From contig JBHGNT010000013.1 of assembly GCA_043228905.1 (NCBI GenBank), positions 13,268,001 to 13,332,000 of the forward strand: a stretch of DNA of 64,000 nt, in the 5' to 3' direction. Below, piece by piece: positions 38,971-50,979 of this stretch; the first letter of the stretch is position 1; each line of letters opens with the position of its first letter. The position numbers and the translations under genes were made by a program. The notes under the pieces were generated by a model. It saw only the letters and a program-made list of their open reading frames with translations, had not been told where the DNA came from and did no database searches. The DNA is from Azolla caroliniana. Its lineage: Eukaryota; Plantae; Polypodiophyta.

Positions 38971-41900
38971 ACTCTTCAAAAACCCTACTTCTAGAAATCT
39001 CTCTTTTTCCTTCTTCTTCTTCTTCTTCACTCGCATAATTCTCCACACGCACACACTTCTTTTCATGCATGTACATATATATCGTTACACACTCCTGAAA
39101 TCCCGATCCCCCCTTACATTTATATATCATTCATGTTATAAACATCGATTGCATCCGCTGCTTTGCTTCCAACTCGCGTGAATGGCTTCGATCCATTTTA
39201 GAGCCCTGCAACGAAAAGATACTCTTGTAAGTTCGCTCTAGGTAACCAACCCATGCCACGTCGTAGTACCAACCTTCACATATTATGCACTTTGCCCTCC
39301 AACAATGTTTCAATATTATTTGTGAAATCCAAATTATAGTTAGAGATCCCCGCTCGTTATTCTCCCATTGAGTCGAGGAATTCAAACATTTTCGATTAAA
39401 CTTGTATAGGAAAGCATCTCAATTTGGCAACTCCAACAAATGGATGCCAATGGAATGCAACAATAATGAATGGACGATCATGTTAGGTCGTGGGTCCAAT
39501 GAAAGAAGCAAGGAAGGAATTTTTACACCTTTATTGAAAATGCTCCTTACAACACATATTCTAGCATCGACATGTATAATACAACTAGCTCTATAGAACA
39601 TTGAGCTACGTCTTTAAAATAATATGTTAAGGAACTTGAGTATGATTTGTTGACATTTAAAGTTTTTAGGATTGGTGGAAGACAATATTCATGAGAATGT
39701 TTGCAATGGTTTGCTCGCGATATATTGAAATAGGCAATTACTCATGATGACAATAGTCAGAAGATAGCTAATGATTTGTTTATGTGACTAAGAAAAGAAT
39801 ATCAAATGCCAATATCACATACACACACACATAGAGGAAGAATATTCTCGTCACAAAGATGTTTGACTCACATAGATGAGAGGATTTTTGTTTTGCCATT
39901 AGATATTAGAGTTAGGTTAGTTCTTTCACAATTTGATAGTCCAAACATGATGTCAAGAATAAAAATTATGCAATACTATTCAAGTTGTTAAGGTAAAGGT
40001 TATATTAAATATCTCACAAATTGTTCTATGAAAAGAGGAATCACGTCAATGAAATATGGAAGTTCCAATGTTTAAAATAGAAAATCATATTGGTAAATTG
40101 TAATATATGATACCTAATCTATATGACATATTGGAAACTCAAGAAACAAATGGCAATTCATGCTCTTCCATTATTTCCTTTATGAATAAATCTATTTTGG
40201 AGACTCAACAAGCAAATGACAATTCATGTTCTTCCATTATTTACTTTTTGAAGACTTTCCATGGTTTTCGTTAAGATGTTATGCTCGATACGTGACATTG
40301 AGAATACACTTATCATGAAAGCATAGCGTCTCTATTTCGGCTCTCATTGTAATATATGAATTGCTCATAGAAATCTAATCATGTTTGCGCAATGTTTAGA
40401 GAGGGGAGTTCCAACGTGGAATGCCAAAACGATATATGGGTATTTGATGTTCAATGTCCATTAAACATTGTTTAGTGATGATTGTGCTTCGTGGAGACAT
40501 TTATAACCTTTTGACAATTCCCTTGATTTTCAAACGTATACATTATACATCTAGAGGGGGCATCTTACGCTTTCACTTTTCTCTCTGAACTCTTCTTTTT
40601 AGGTCCACGGGAATTCCTTCTGTTCACACCTTAAGTGACCTTGGAATTCAATGGTGGAAATAAAGGCTCGTGATTATCCTCGATTTATATATTGCAAGAA
40701 ATATTACCGAAATGAGTTTGTATTTGTTAGAAATTAAAAAACAACACAAGAAACCTTTTCTTATCATTTCAAATTATGTATTCAAACACCCGCAAGTGCA
40801 TCTTTTGTTAAAGTTCAAGCTCTTGACAACATGAAAAGTAAGATAAAACATAATATTGTATCATAATGAAAAAAACTACATTATGTCAATGTGAGGCTTT
40901 AGACGGTTTCATTTAATGAGGAAATGTGTTTGATTGCTACTAACAAGATTTAATTACAGAAGTACGAATGGCAAGCATATATGAAGTATTCTCATGTTTG
41001 CCATATGAGAATCTTAATTTTCTGATAGCAAATTTCATTATGATGAGGACAAATCTCTTTGTACAGGACAAATTAGAAGCTCAAATTTTGCCAATTTTGC
41101 TTCTTACCAAGGCTTAGTAATGTGCATAGTCTTAATCGGGATGTGAATAAGAGCCCAACTTTGACCAAACATATACATATTGATATGAGTAAGTAATGTT
41201 TGAAAGGCAGCACACACTTTTCCATATCACTTTTAATACATATAAGAACAAGCATAGTTTTGTGAGAAATTCCATAGTTTATCTTATCATTTCCAAAAGA
41301 TCATTAAGTGCACGTATTGCCACGTCACCGTCCATGTCATTGTTTGTAGTCAAACAAGAACTTACAAATCTTGAATACTTTTACTTAATTATTTTGAAGA
41401 CTTTTTCCTTTCTCCGCCCCAAAAAACAGCAAACAAGAAATTGCATCAAGTTTTCTATTTTTTGCTAAACTACAAACTTGGTCCTTGTCGAATTTTTTCG
41501 ACAACATTGCCTACGAAGAGTTCAAACTTCAAACTTTATAAACTTAAATGGATAAACACATATACACATGTTATTTTTTAGCATCGCACTATATTACTAT
41601 TACATTTGGAAATATCAATTTACCCACTCAAGGCACGAGCCATAGACATTACAAACACTATATGTAGGAAAACCTAAATGGCATTGTCAAGTTAGATAAT
41701 TGATTGCCAATGCCTTTATTGATTGCAAATAGTTCAACAAAGCCTAGTATCATATGCACAAGAAAAAGGAGGCAATTGGCTTAAGTCCCCGTGGTGAAAA
41801 GTTGAATAAATCTTGCATGCGTGCAATGTGCACACACATGGCACAACATTCTACCTACTTCTTGTTTGAGGACAATGTTAGACTATGGGCAAATTGGAGG

Positions 41901-43847
41901 CTAGAATATTAAAATTGTTAGGTACTCGTTCAATTTGGGTAATTCCATGGTATTAAATATATTCCAAATCACACATCCTCAACATTATAAGTATTGCGTT
42001 TCACATTATATTTAAGGTCATATTGTATTTTGTACTCAACCAGACTAACTATTTCTTCTAGGATATGTGGTCTCGTCAAATGGGAGTTGGTTTTTCTTAA
42101 TTCTTCTTATGGAATTCCTTTTAGGTATGTAGACTTGCCAGATGGGACCTTGTCTTTTCTTAATACCTTTCATGGATTTCCTTTAGCAACATATTAGTCT
42201 AACTTCATATATACAACCATATCACTAATGGGTGGTCGTTTCTAACTAAAATATGCTTTTTGATTGATCGATTGGATTCTAACTACTGTTAAATGTTTCC
42301 AAATTAAACATTTTGTATCCTAGGAAGAATTGGAGGGTTCCCTTTTTTTTTAAATGTGATTGTATTAATAGGATGTCCTTTTCTTGTCTAGAATTGTCCA
42401 CTAAGGCTTCGACAACTCACAATGTCTTATTTATGTTTGTCATTTTGTCTTTGATGATTACTTTCATCATATTTTGAATATTTGCATGTTGTTATTTTCA
42501 GCACCTACTATTACTTGAAAGCAAGTAACAAGCGGTACATGACAATGTTGCTACATTGACATGGAGATGATTTTAATTAGTTCTTGTGAACCACCGACGG
42601 AGGAAAGATGCTCCAAAAAGAATTAGAGATGGAACAAATAACATGTGATGTAGTTTTAAAGCTTACAAATATTTGTACTAATGTTTATAACATCATTTCG
42701 TATATAATATATGACTTTAAGGTTTACTTAGGGCTATTAATATTATAAGGTCCAAACCGTAACAAAAAGTCTAAGCAAATATATGATTATCACACTATTG
42801 TGAAACGGTGGATAATAAAGATAAGAAGTATCGTCTACTTATCGAACATCCACATGTTTGTTCATCACTGAACATGCTTCCTAAACTTATTTAATGTAAT
42901 CAATGCCCAACATCCCAATGTTAAATATAATATCACCAATTGTATGCATCATGAAGAGACATGAACCTATTACATTAGGCGTTTGGATTATTGTACTAAC
43001 ATCATACAACTTCAAGGAGAACTACTGTTTGATTAATGACACAAATATCCAATAATGAATCACTTGCCATGACATGAGTTTTGCTAGAGATGCCAATATT
43101 TTGTAGAACCTATTTACAAGCACATAGAAATATCTCAAAGGCATGCTAGAGAGGCCAATATTTTGTAGAATCTATGTACAACCATATACAAATAGATCAA
43201 CGGCATGGTAGATTACAACAATCTTCATAATTTGGTAGTGAGCTAGTTGTTGGGTAAGGAGGCATCTCTCAAGGAAGCTCCTAGATGTGCAATAGAGACA
43301 TCCCTTGAAGAGCTCCATGTTTGAGCTAAAAATTATAACGGCCATAATGTTGGGATAAGAGAGGAAGGTTGGTATGAGAATGGATGACATGTGGTTCGGA
43401 TTCTCTATGTTGCATCATTTCCAAGGTAGCAGAAAAACCCCATGCATTGATCACAAAATACCCCACCTTTGACCACTCTAATCGCCAATTCCATTGGTGC
43501 GTGAAACATGTCCATCCTTCATTTTCATGATTCGAGTGTCTTTCAAGCATGAAACATGCCCATCTTTCTTGTTCATGAAAGTGTCAAAAGACGCTCCATT
43601 GTAAAAGGACATGTGTACTTCAATAAAGGTGTGCCGTCACACAACAAAGATGTATACATTGCAACAACAAAGATGTACACATTTTTCTTACTTGGAAATG
43701 GCAATAGACATTGGAAAGTTTCAGATGCATCGCATATCAATTGCATTTTAAACGTTTTTTTTCTTTTCTCAACTCACTTACTTACAATGGAACATACAAT
43801 AGAACCAATTTTACATACGTACAAAATTCATATAGATTCTTGGAAAA

Positions 43848-45048
43848 TTAGCTCTTTTCGTTAGTTTTTTTGGGCAAGAGAACAGAGTGGATGTTAGGAA
43901 TGACGCCGCCATGAGCTATTGTCACGTTATCGAGAAGCTTGGCAAGTTCCTCATCGTTGCGAATGGCAAGTAGGATATGGCGAGGCGTGATACGACTCTT
44001 CTTGTTGTCGTGGGCTGCATTTCCGGAAAGTTCCAATACCTAATATCACACACACACACACACACACACATGAAAGGTAAAAGGAAAAAAGCACCAAGGA
44101 AAAAATGAATCTAAAGTGAAGTAAAAACATAGGACCAATAAAAGCTAACGGCTCCGGTACCACAATTAAAGATCCCTTCACTCAAGACAAGGAATCATAG
44201 AAGCAAAAAACAATGCAACACATTAGAAATAAAAAGATGGTAAATCGGTAGACTTAAATTAAAGAATACTCAAAGCTTGGTGGTGCAATTTGGACAAGTA
44301 AGAAGCTTAAAAGGCAAAAAATTTGCAATACCAAATCAAAGTATGACAAAACGTTTTGCAACGGTCACAATCAACAACGAAGTTGAATGTAAGTAAACAT
44401 AAAAAACATCAGATGTGATGAAAGGTCAAAGAATTAGTCTAAAAGCAAAAATGGTATGACATCAAATTCACATGAAAGCAAAAAAATCCTCTAGTAGGAT
44501 CCTTGCAACAATCAAATTGCTAGTAAATGCAAAAGCTTCAAAGCATAATCCAAGAAACATAGAATATACGTGAGGCCGAACCGAACTGAAATTGGACAAG
44601 CCATTAAATAGTCTGGAGAGTAATTTCAAGTATTTACCTCGGCCGCGAGGTATTCGAGGACGGCGGCGAGATAGACGGGCGCACCGGAACCGACCCTCTT
44701 TGCATATCGTCCGGCCTTGAGGTATCGAGCGACACGGCTCACCGGGAACTCAAGACCCGCCTTCTGGGACCTCGACACGGCCGCCACGCTCTTCCTCTGC
44801 CCGCTACTAGCACCCGATAATTTCACATGGGGCCCCTGGCCTACCCCACGACTGGGACCGGGACCCGAATCGGTTCCTCCTCCTTCTCCGTCCAAAGAGG
44901 AATTGTCCGCCACCGATGCCGCCGGTTCGGCCCTCGCCTCACCTTCCTCATCTTCCCCATCACCATCTGCTGCACCCTTGCTATTATTCTTATTATTCTT
45001 CTTATTATTCCCAACTGTCTCTTTCGTGTTATCGATCAATCCACACAT
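43848..45048 (-). CDS. H2A: Histone H2A variant (H2A.W/H2A.M-like core) with long N-terminal extension, 200 aa, 2 exons
   Basis: Exon 1 45048-44638, exon 2 44039-43848 (intron at LAAE/VLEL); [59 protein letters not shown]; TATA at about 45190. Confidence 0.93.
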
Positions 45049-46138
45049 CTTCCCTCTCTCTTTAAGAGTTTTGCCTTTTTCTTTTTCTTTTTTGTTTACA
45101 ATATGTACAGAGCTCTAGGCTGATCTCTTCATTCTTCTGCTTCTGCTTCTTCTTCCTTTTGCGATATTATGCATATTTGCATGCCTTCTTTATATCTCAG
45201 CTAAAATATAGGAATTTGGTGGAGGGTGAGATTCGATCCTTTGGCCTCAACACCTATCATTATCAGCGGTGTCAAAGTTGGTCATATGTTATAGCAAGAA
45301 AAGCCTTATTACCCTAAAAAACTAGTGATGAGAGTTTTCCCCACTACTTATAACTTCAGATTATGATGATGTTTATGCTTAGCTTCTTATACATACATTC
45401 GAAACTCTTCCAAGCGAGGGGTACATGGGGGTGTTGGTTTCCAGATCATTCGCCTTCGCACTGAGCGTTGTTATTTATGTTATATGCTCTATTACAATAA
45501 CCAAGTGCATCGTAAAATGTATTTGCACATCGATACACATGATGATGCTACGGGTAACGGCTGGCCATTTGGTTTTGGATGATTAAGACCTACTGCTTGT
45601 GCCATGCTAGAGGCTTAGCATCGGTAGCTCTTACAATTCATATTGCGAGGGACATGAAGGTAACTAAGGAGACATACATTATACCCTATCATACCTAAGA
45701 GATATATAATTGTATAAACATATGTGTATATATAACAAGAAAGAGCGAGGGCATCTTGCCCGTTAATGCTTGTGTGGTTGAAAACCTATGTGAGGGAAAA
45801 CACAAAAAACACAAGGCACCTTATTGCTTTTGTCCTCAATTTATAGCCTTCCACAATAAGACAACATCACTTTGCCACATGGATGTCAATGGAGCTATTC
45901 GTTCCGCTCTCCTATTCTAACACATACCATCTTGAGTCAGATATGCTTTTATTATTGACATCCTTTATTTTAAGAGTAACCGACTTTAATTTTGTCTTTG
46001 CCTTGTAATTAACACAATCCCACTTCGTTCTTCTGAGCTTTTACATTTCCACATGTGATTGTATTTTATTTGTGAAACATGGCATTTCCCAATCTCGTGT
46101 GAAACTAGATGGGTCAATATACTTAATAATCTATAGCA

Positions 46139-49100
46139 TTTTTTTTTTAATTTTTTTTTCCCAAAAAAAACACTACTCCCCATTAGTTAGCAAAAGAATT
46201 ACATCGAAGAACAGCCATAATCAAAACAGCATAATCCTCACCTAACTATTTACAACAAGAGTAACCCACTGCCTCTTTTTACATAGAGACCACCATGGTG
46301 ACCACATATTCACAACGAAGCCAATGGCGGAAACAGCCATCTTGGTGCTTGGTAATTCCATTTAGGACCAGACGCTGAATTAACCATCATAGGAGAGCGA
46401 CCCCATTTCAGCAAAAACTTTGAGCGAGCCCTGTCTGCTGCATCCGAGTTCCCTTCAATTGAGTTGTACTGTCCACGCAGCCAAGATACCAGCTCAAACC
46501 AAATGTTTAGCAACACCTCACCGCTTGGGAGTTTTCGTTGCTGAAAAACAAACATACATCGTCTGGTCCAAATGTGCCAGACCGAGAAGCATGCCACCAA
46601 CATCCATATCTCCTCAAAAAAACCAGAGTTTGTACCAGGTTCTACTCCAACACTTTTGAATACACTGCCGCCCTGCAATATAAAACCATGACCATGTGGA
46701 TTTAATTGTTCCGCCCAACCTTCCTTAGTTAGTTTCAAACCCTGTAAGGACCCCCACACAACTCTCCCATTCACCCCGCATGCTGCCACTATCCTGAGAC
46801 TTCGACCCCAAATGCTGATTGCCTCTACACAATTCCAAAAACAGTGAGGTATCGATTCCAAAGAGTGACCACATAACAGGCAACCAGCCTCCCCACCACG
46901 AGACCTCATCCACTCCCCTACCGGTAACGCCTTATGACTAAGAAGCCAAAACCACACCTTGATTTTTTCTGGCATATCAGATGCCCATAGTCTCCGCCAA
47001 AACGACTTCAACAAGTCATCTGATATGCCTTTATCCCTCCAACTATTGCAAGTTTGAGCAGCACCCACTGATTTGGAGCCAATGATTTGCCTTCCGAGCT
47101 TAGTACTATAATCAAAAAACCCCACCAGTTTGTTCGTTCCCGGTTTTTGCCACCATACCTCTAGTGGATCCCACTCCAAATCATGTAGAGGCTTGTTGTC
47201 CAATAGCCATAGTTTACAATCATTATCTAGCTTCCCTGGGTCTGGGTTTAATTGCCACTTCTTACCTTCCAACACTGCCACCCGCACTGCCAACCACTGA
47301 CCATTGTCGGACAAAGCACTTAGGTTTCCCCACAAACGATATTCATTAGATGGACACTTGCCACGGATAATTTGTCCATCACTCTCACCTACAAACCACC
47401 CAGACCAGACCCCCTCTTCCTTATCCAACCTATCTAGACCATCAACAGCCTTATTTATCAGTTGGGTCACCTTCTCAAGCCTACAAGAAATGCTACCAAA
47501 CTGACCCTCCCTCCTCTTCATTTTGAAAACATCCCACTCTCTTACTGAACTAACATTGTACCCTAACATGCGGCCCCATGGCAAATATTTTTTCTGTCCA
47601 AGCATCATGCCGTCCTCATTTCTAATCCTAGGGTTCCAAAATAACGGTTGTCGGAGTTGTTCCTCCAATGTTTTCGGTTGCATTAAGACCAACCCATCTC
47701 TTACACTTGACCAAGCCATCATTATGGCACGGGCCACCCTGTCCTCCATGCTATTTGGTTGTTTCAGCTTTAAATCTGGACTGAACAACCACCACATCTT
47801 TGCCTTCCAAGGGCCGCCATTCCTTGGACACCAAAGGTCAGCTCTATCCCTAAGAAGCAACTTCCACAGTTCAGGACCAGGTTGTAAACTTCGCACAAGT
47901 AGCTTACCTAGTAAAGCTTTACTTCGGTGAACTGGATCCACCAACCCAAGTCCACCTTGGTTTTTCGCCTTGATCAAACAACTCCACGCCACTTTAGCTG
48001 ATGCCCTCTCATGGTCTCTACCCGACCATAGGAACCCTCTCACCATTGCCTTAATATTTTTGATGCAAGTTTTGTCTAACACCCAACATGCCACCGAGTG
48101 CCACATGGTGGCTAACAAAATGTGGTTTACCACGACCACCCTACCTGCAAGAGAGAGCTTTACTGATGCCCACACCCGAAGCTTTTTTCTGATTTTGTCT
48201 TTCACTTGCTCAAGTTGCTGATTTTTGGGTGTCTCAACGCCCACCAAAAAACCCAAATATTTAATAGCCATTCCATTGGGGACCCATTGAAAATCAGCAT
48301 TAGGGCACCAAAGAGGCCATGGGTTTGAACTTACCCAAAATCCCTTGCTTTTGTTCCAATTGATTTTCCCTCCTGATGCTCTACAAAACAACTCAATTCG
48401 ACTTTCAGCAAGCTGTAAATTATCGTCATTGCCTTGTAGATAGAGCATAGTGTCATCTGCGTATGATGAGTCCAACAACTCCTTGCCCGCTTGTGGGACA
48501 ACTAACCCCCTTATTCCTGCATCTGGTTTGTTTAAAAAGAAAGAGAATGCCTCTGCAATAAATAAATAAAGGTAGGGGGCCAACGGGCACCCTTGCCTGA
48601 CAGACTTGCATAATGGAATTCGTGGGCCCCGATGCCCTGACACCATCACCCTACTCAAACTTCCTTCGTAAAGGGCTAACGCAGCCGATCTCCATTTGGA
48701 GGGTAGTCCCAACCTCTCCATCACTTTATCTAAGAAAGGCCATTGTACTCTGTCATACGCCTTCTCGAAGTCAAGCATGAGACATGCAATATGTTGATTG
48801 GTTTTCTTTGCCAAGGCAATCGCCTCCCAAAAGGTCAACACATTATCAATTATGCATCTGTTTGCCATGAATCCTGTTTGTCCAACATTAATTAGTGCAT
48901 TCAAGTGGGGTTTGACCCCCTTGGCCAATATATTGGCAAAAATCTTATATATTGTGTTGAGCAATGTAATCGGTCTCCATTGCCTTGCATCAGCTATTAG
49001 GCCTTGTACCTTTGGAATTAGAAATATCAGCCCCTCTTTAAAATGCTCAGGTAAACGGCCAAGAGCCCATGCCTCATTAAGACCATCAACCAAGTCAACC

Positions 49101-49592
49101 TTAATCACTTCCCAAAAGTTTTCAAAAAAATCTCTTGATAATCCGTCGATGCCTGGACAAGACGTTCTACATATACCCGCCAAAGCATCTGACACCTCCT
49201 CTTCCAAGATTGGCCTTGACAAATGAACTTGTGCAACCTCTGAAATTCTTTGTTGCATACCCTCCAATACAAATTCTGTTAGATTAGGCTGTTCGGGGAT
49301 AATAGAACTGTATGAGAGTAACCCACGATAGTGAGTTGTGATTGCCTCCATGATCTCTGACACATCCTCCGATGCTGATCCATCCTCCTTAATCAGCTTA
49401 GGATTGCAACTACAGTTTGATCTCGGCTTTTTATACTTAAAAAATTGATGATTTACCTTATCCCCATTCTTGCTCCACCATGCCGCGGAACTCCTGAATA
49501 ACATCGTGTTTCTAGACGTAATCAACCGTTGTAACGTTTCTCTAGCAGCCTCAAGACCGGCTCTAGACCATTGACACGTGGGATCTTTCTGA
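46139..49592 (-). mobile_element. 5'-truncated L1-clade LINE with poly(A) tail
   Basis: Poly(A) at 46139-46159; uninterrupted ORF2 remnant; candidate TSD AGCATT (46135-46140 and 49593-49598). Confidence 0.93.
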
Positions 49593-49597
49593 AGCAT
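46310..49597 (-). CDS. LINE ORF2 lacking endonuclease (RT plus zf-RVT), 1095 aa open frame
   Basis: CPGIDG, WRPITLLN, DFEKAYDRV, SVRQGCPLAP, YADD, KYLG; C-terminal CLLC..ESIPHCFWNC. Confidence 0.9.
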   Translation of the reverse strand: MLQKDPTCQWSRAGLEAARETLQRLITSRNTMLFRSSAAWWSKNGDKVNHQFFKYKKPRSNCSCNPKLIKEDGSASEDVSEIMEAITTHYRGLLSYSSIIPEQPNLTEFVLEGMQQRISEVAQVHLSRPILEEEVSDALAGICRTSCPGIDGLSRDFFENFWEVIKVDLVDGLNEAWALGRLPEHFKEGLIFLIPKVQGLIADARQWRPITLLNTIYKIFANILAKGVKPHLNALINVGQTGFMANRCIIDNVLTFWEAIALAKKTNQHIACLMLDFEKAYDRVQWPFLDKVMERLGLPSKWRSAALALYEGSLSRVMVSGHRGPRIPLCKSVRQGCPLAPYLYLFIAEAFSFFLNKPDAGIRGLVVPQAGKELLDSSYADDTMLYLQGNDDNLQLAESRIELFCRASGGKINWNKSKGFWVSSNPWPLWCPNADFQWVPNGMAIKYLGFLVGVETPKNQQLEQVKDKIRKKLRVWASVKLSLAGRVVVVNHILLATMWHSVACWVLDKTCIKNIKAMVRGFLWSGRDHERASAKVAWSCLIKAKNQGGLGLVDPVHRSKALLGKLLVRSLQPGPELWKLLLRDRADLWCPRNGGPWKAKMWWLFSPDLKLKQPNSMEDRVARAIMMAWSSVRDGLVLMQPKTLEEQLRQPLFWNPRIRNEDGMMLGQKKYLPWGRMLGYNVSSVREWDVFKMKRREGQFGSISCRLEKVTQLINKAVDGLDRLDKEEGVWSGWFVGESDGQIIRGKCPSNEYRLWGNLSALSDNGQWLAVRVAVLEGKKWQLNPDPGKLDNDCKLWLLDNKPLHDLEWDPLEVWWQKPGTNKLVGFFDYSTKLGRQIIGSKSVGAAQTCNSWRDKGISDDLLKSFWRRLWASDMPEKIKVWFWLLSHKALPVGEWMRSRGGEAGCLLCGHSLESIPHCFWNCVEAISIWGRSLRIVAACGVNGRVVWGSLQGLKLTKEGWAEQLNPHGHGFILQGGSVFKSVGVEPGTNSGFFEEIWMLVACFSVWHIWTRRCMFVFQQRKLPSGEVLLNIWFELVSWLRGQYNSIEGNSDAADRARSKFLLKWGRSPMMVNSASGPKWNYQAPRWLFPPLASL

Positions 49598-50651
49598 TCC
49601 TCAAACCAAAATTTGGTGGTTAATGAGAGTTTCAATCGTATAAGTAACACATAAGATGAACAACTCGATGACAATTTTTAAGCCAATAGAGGAACAAAGA
49701 TAATTTCCTTAAAGTGTGGTTGGGGCATGGCCATTTTTGTGGTATAATATATGATAAACTATACAAAATCATGTTATTTTAAGACTTGGGTTGCAAAAGT
49801 CGATAACAAAATCCATTAACAATGTGTCTTTCAAGGGTTCAATATCATTGACTCTCACTTTTTCATGGAGGACGCTCCCTTGAATTTTAATTAAAATTTG
49901 GTAGAAGAAGATACACATGAACTAAGGGCATTAACTTCTTTCATGCAACTGATCATAACATTAGTAATAGTGTTCATTGAATCAATTTTATGAATTTTTT
50001 TGAATCTTTGAAAATTGTATGAATGGTCTTGGAATACTCTTGTCGAGCATATTATCATCATTGTCAAACATTTGTGTGTTTTATTATCTAGTTCTACCAT
50101 TATGCCCAGTAGTAGAGCTACTAACTCTTTTGTACAATCGAAGGCACAAGCCTCTCCAAAACAATGAAGACTGAAAGCATGAATATTTTTATTTATGAAA
50201 AGATACTTCTAATTGAAACTTTAGAATGACTATTGTAACAAAAATTATAATGCTAAATAATAATGTATATATACATTGACATCAACACAAATAGTAGAGT
50301 TGAAGTTCAAAGCTTAATTGACAACGTTGACAATGAAAATTCCCTCATCAAGTGTGGTTCATGATGCATGTGGCTAATTTTTGTCTCTAGAGTTGGTTTT
50401 TTCCACTCATCAATAGATTGTTGTGGATATGTTCATTAAGATGACACAATGACTATCAATAGTTAAGATGCCATCACGGGCTTCCCAATGGCATTGTCCA
50501 TAATCAAGGTCCACAATTTGTCAGGAACTCTATTAAGGCAGAGAAGGAATTAGTACTAAAAGAAGGATTAGTACTATTGTTGGGGAATAGTACTAAGACA
50601 GAGAAGGATTAGTACTATGAGAGGTGTCGAACTTTGAGAGAAGGAATGAGT

Positions 50652-50697
<46 letters not shown>

Positions 50698-50979
50698 TGA
50701 TGCGAAAGATATATGTATTATATGACGGAAGATATACAACAGTAGTTAGAAGGCTTAAGACTTGCGTTGAACCGATTTGGTTCGAACTAATGCCTTGCGC
50801 CTCCTTTTATAGTGTCTTCAGGAATACTCCTGAAGTTTCTAGAATGTTCCAGAGAAATCTGGAATATACATCAATTTCCTAATAAAACCTAAATGAAAAT
50901 AATATCCTTCAAATTACAACTCATAACCTAATGGTAAAGTCTCGACCCGTGTAACAAAAGGTTATGGGTTCGAGTCTAG

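Noticed and set aside
39150-43600. Possible Harbinger, L1 and Helitron Rep fragments (e.g. GGVF...LEMMQHRESEPHVIH near 43400)
   Set aside because: Isolated, degenerate motif resemblances that need an HMM search before being called.
45320-45640. snoRNA cluster or telomerase RNA upstream of H2A
   Set aside because: C/D-like boxes and a hairpin-ACA are present, but I found no convincing terminal stem, rRNA guide complement or full template. Infernal/snoscan would decide.
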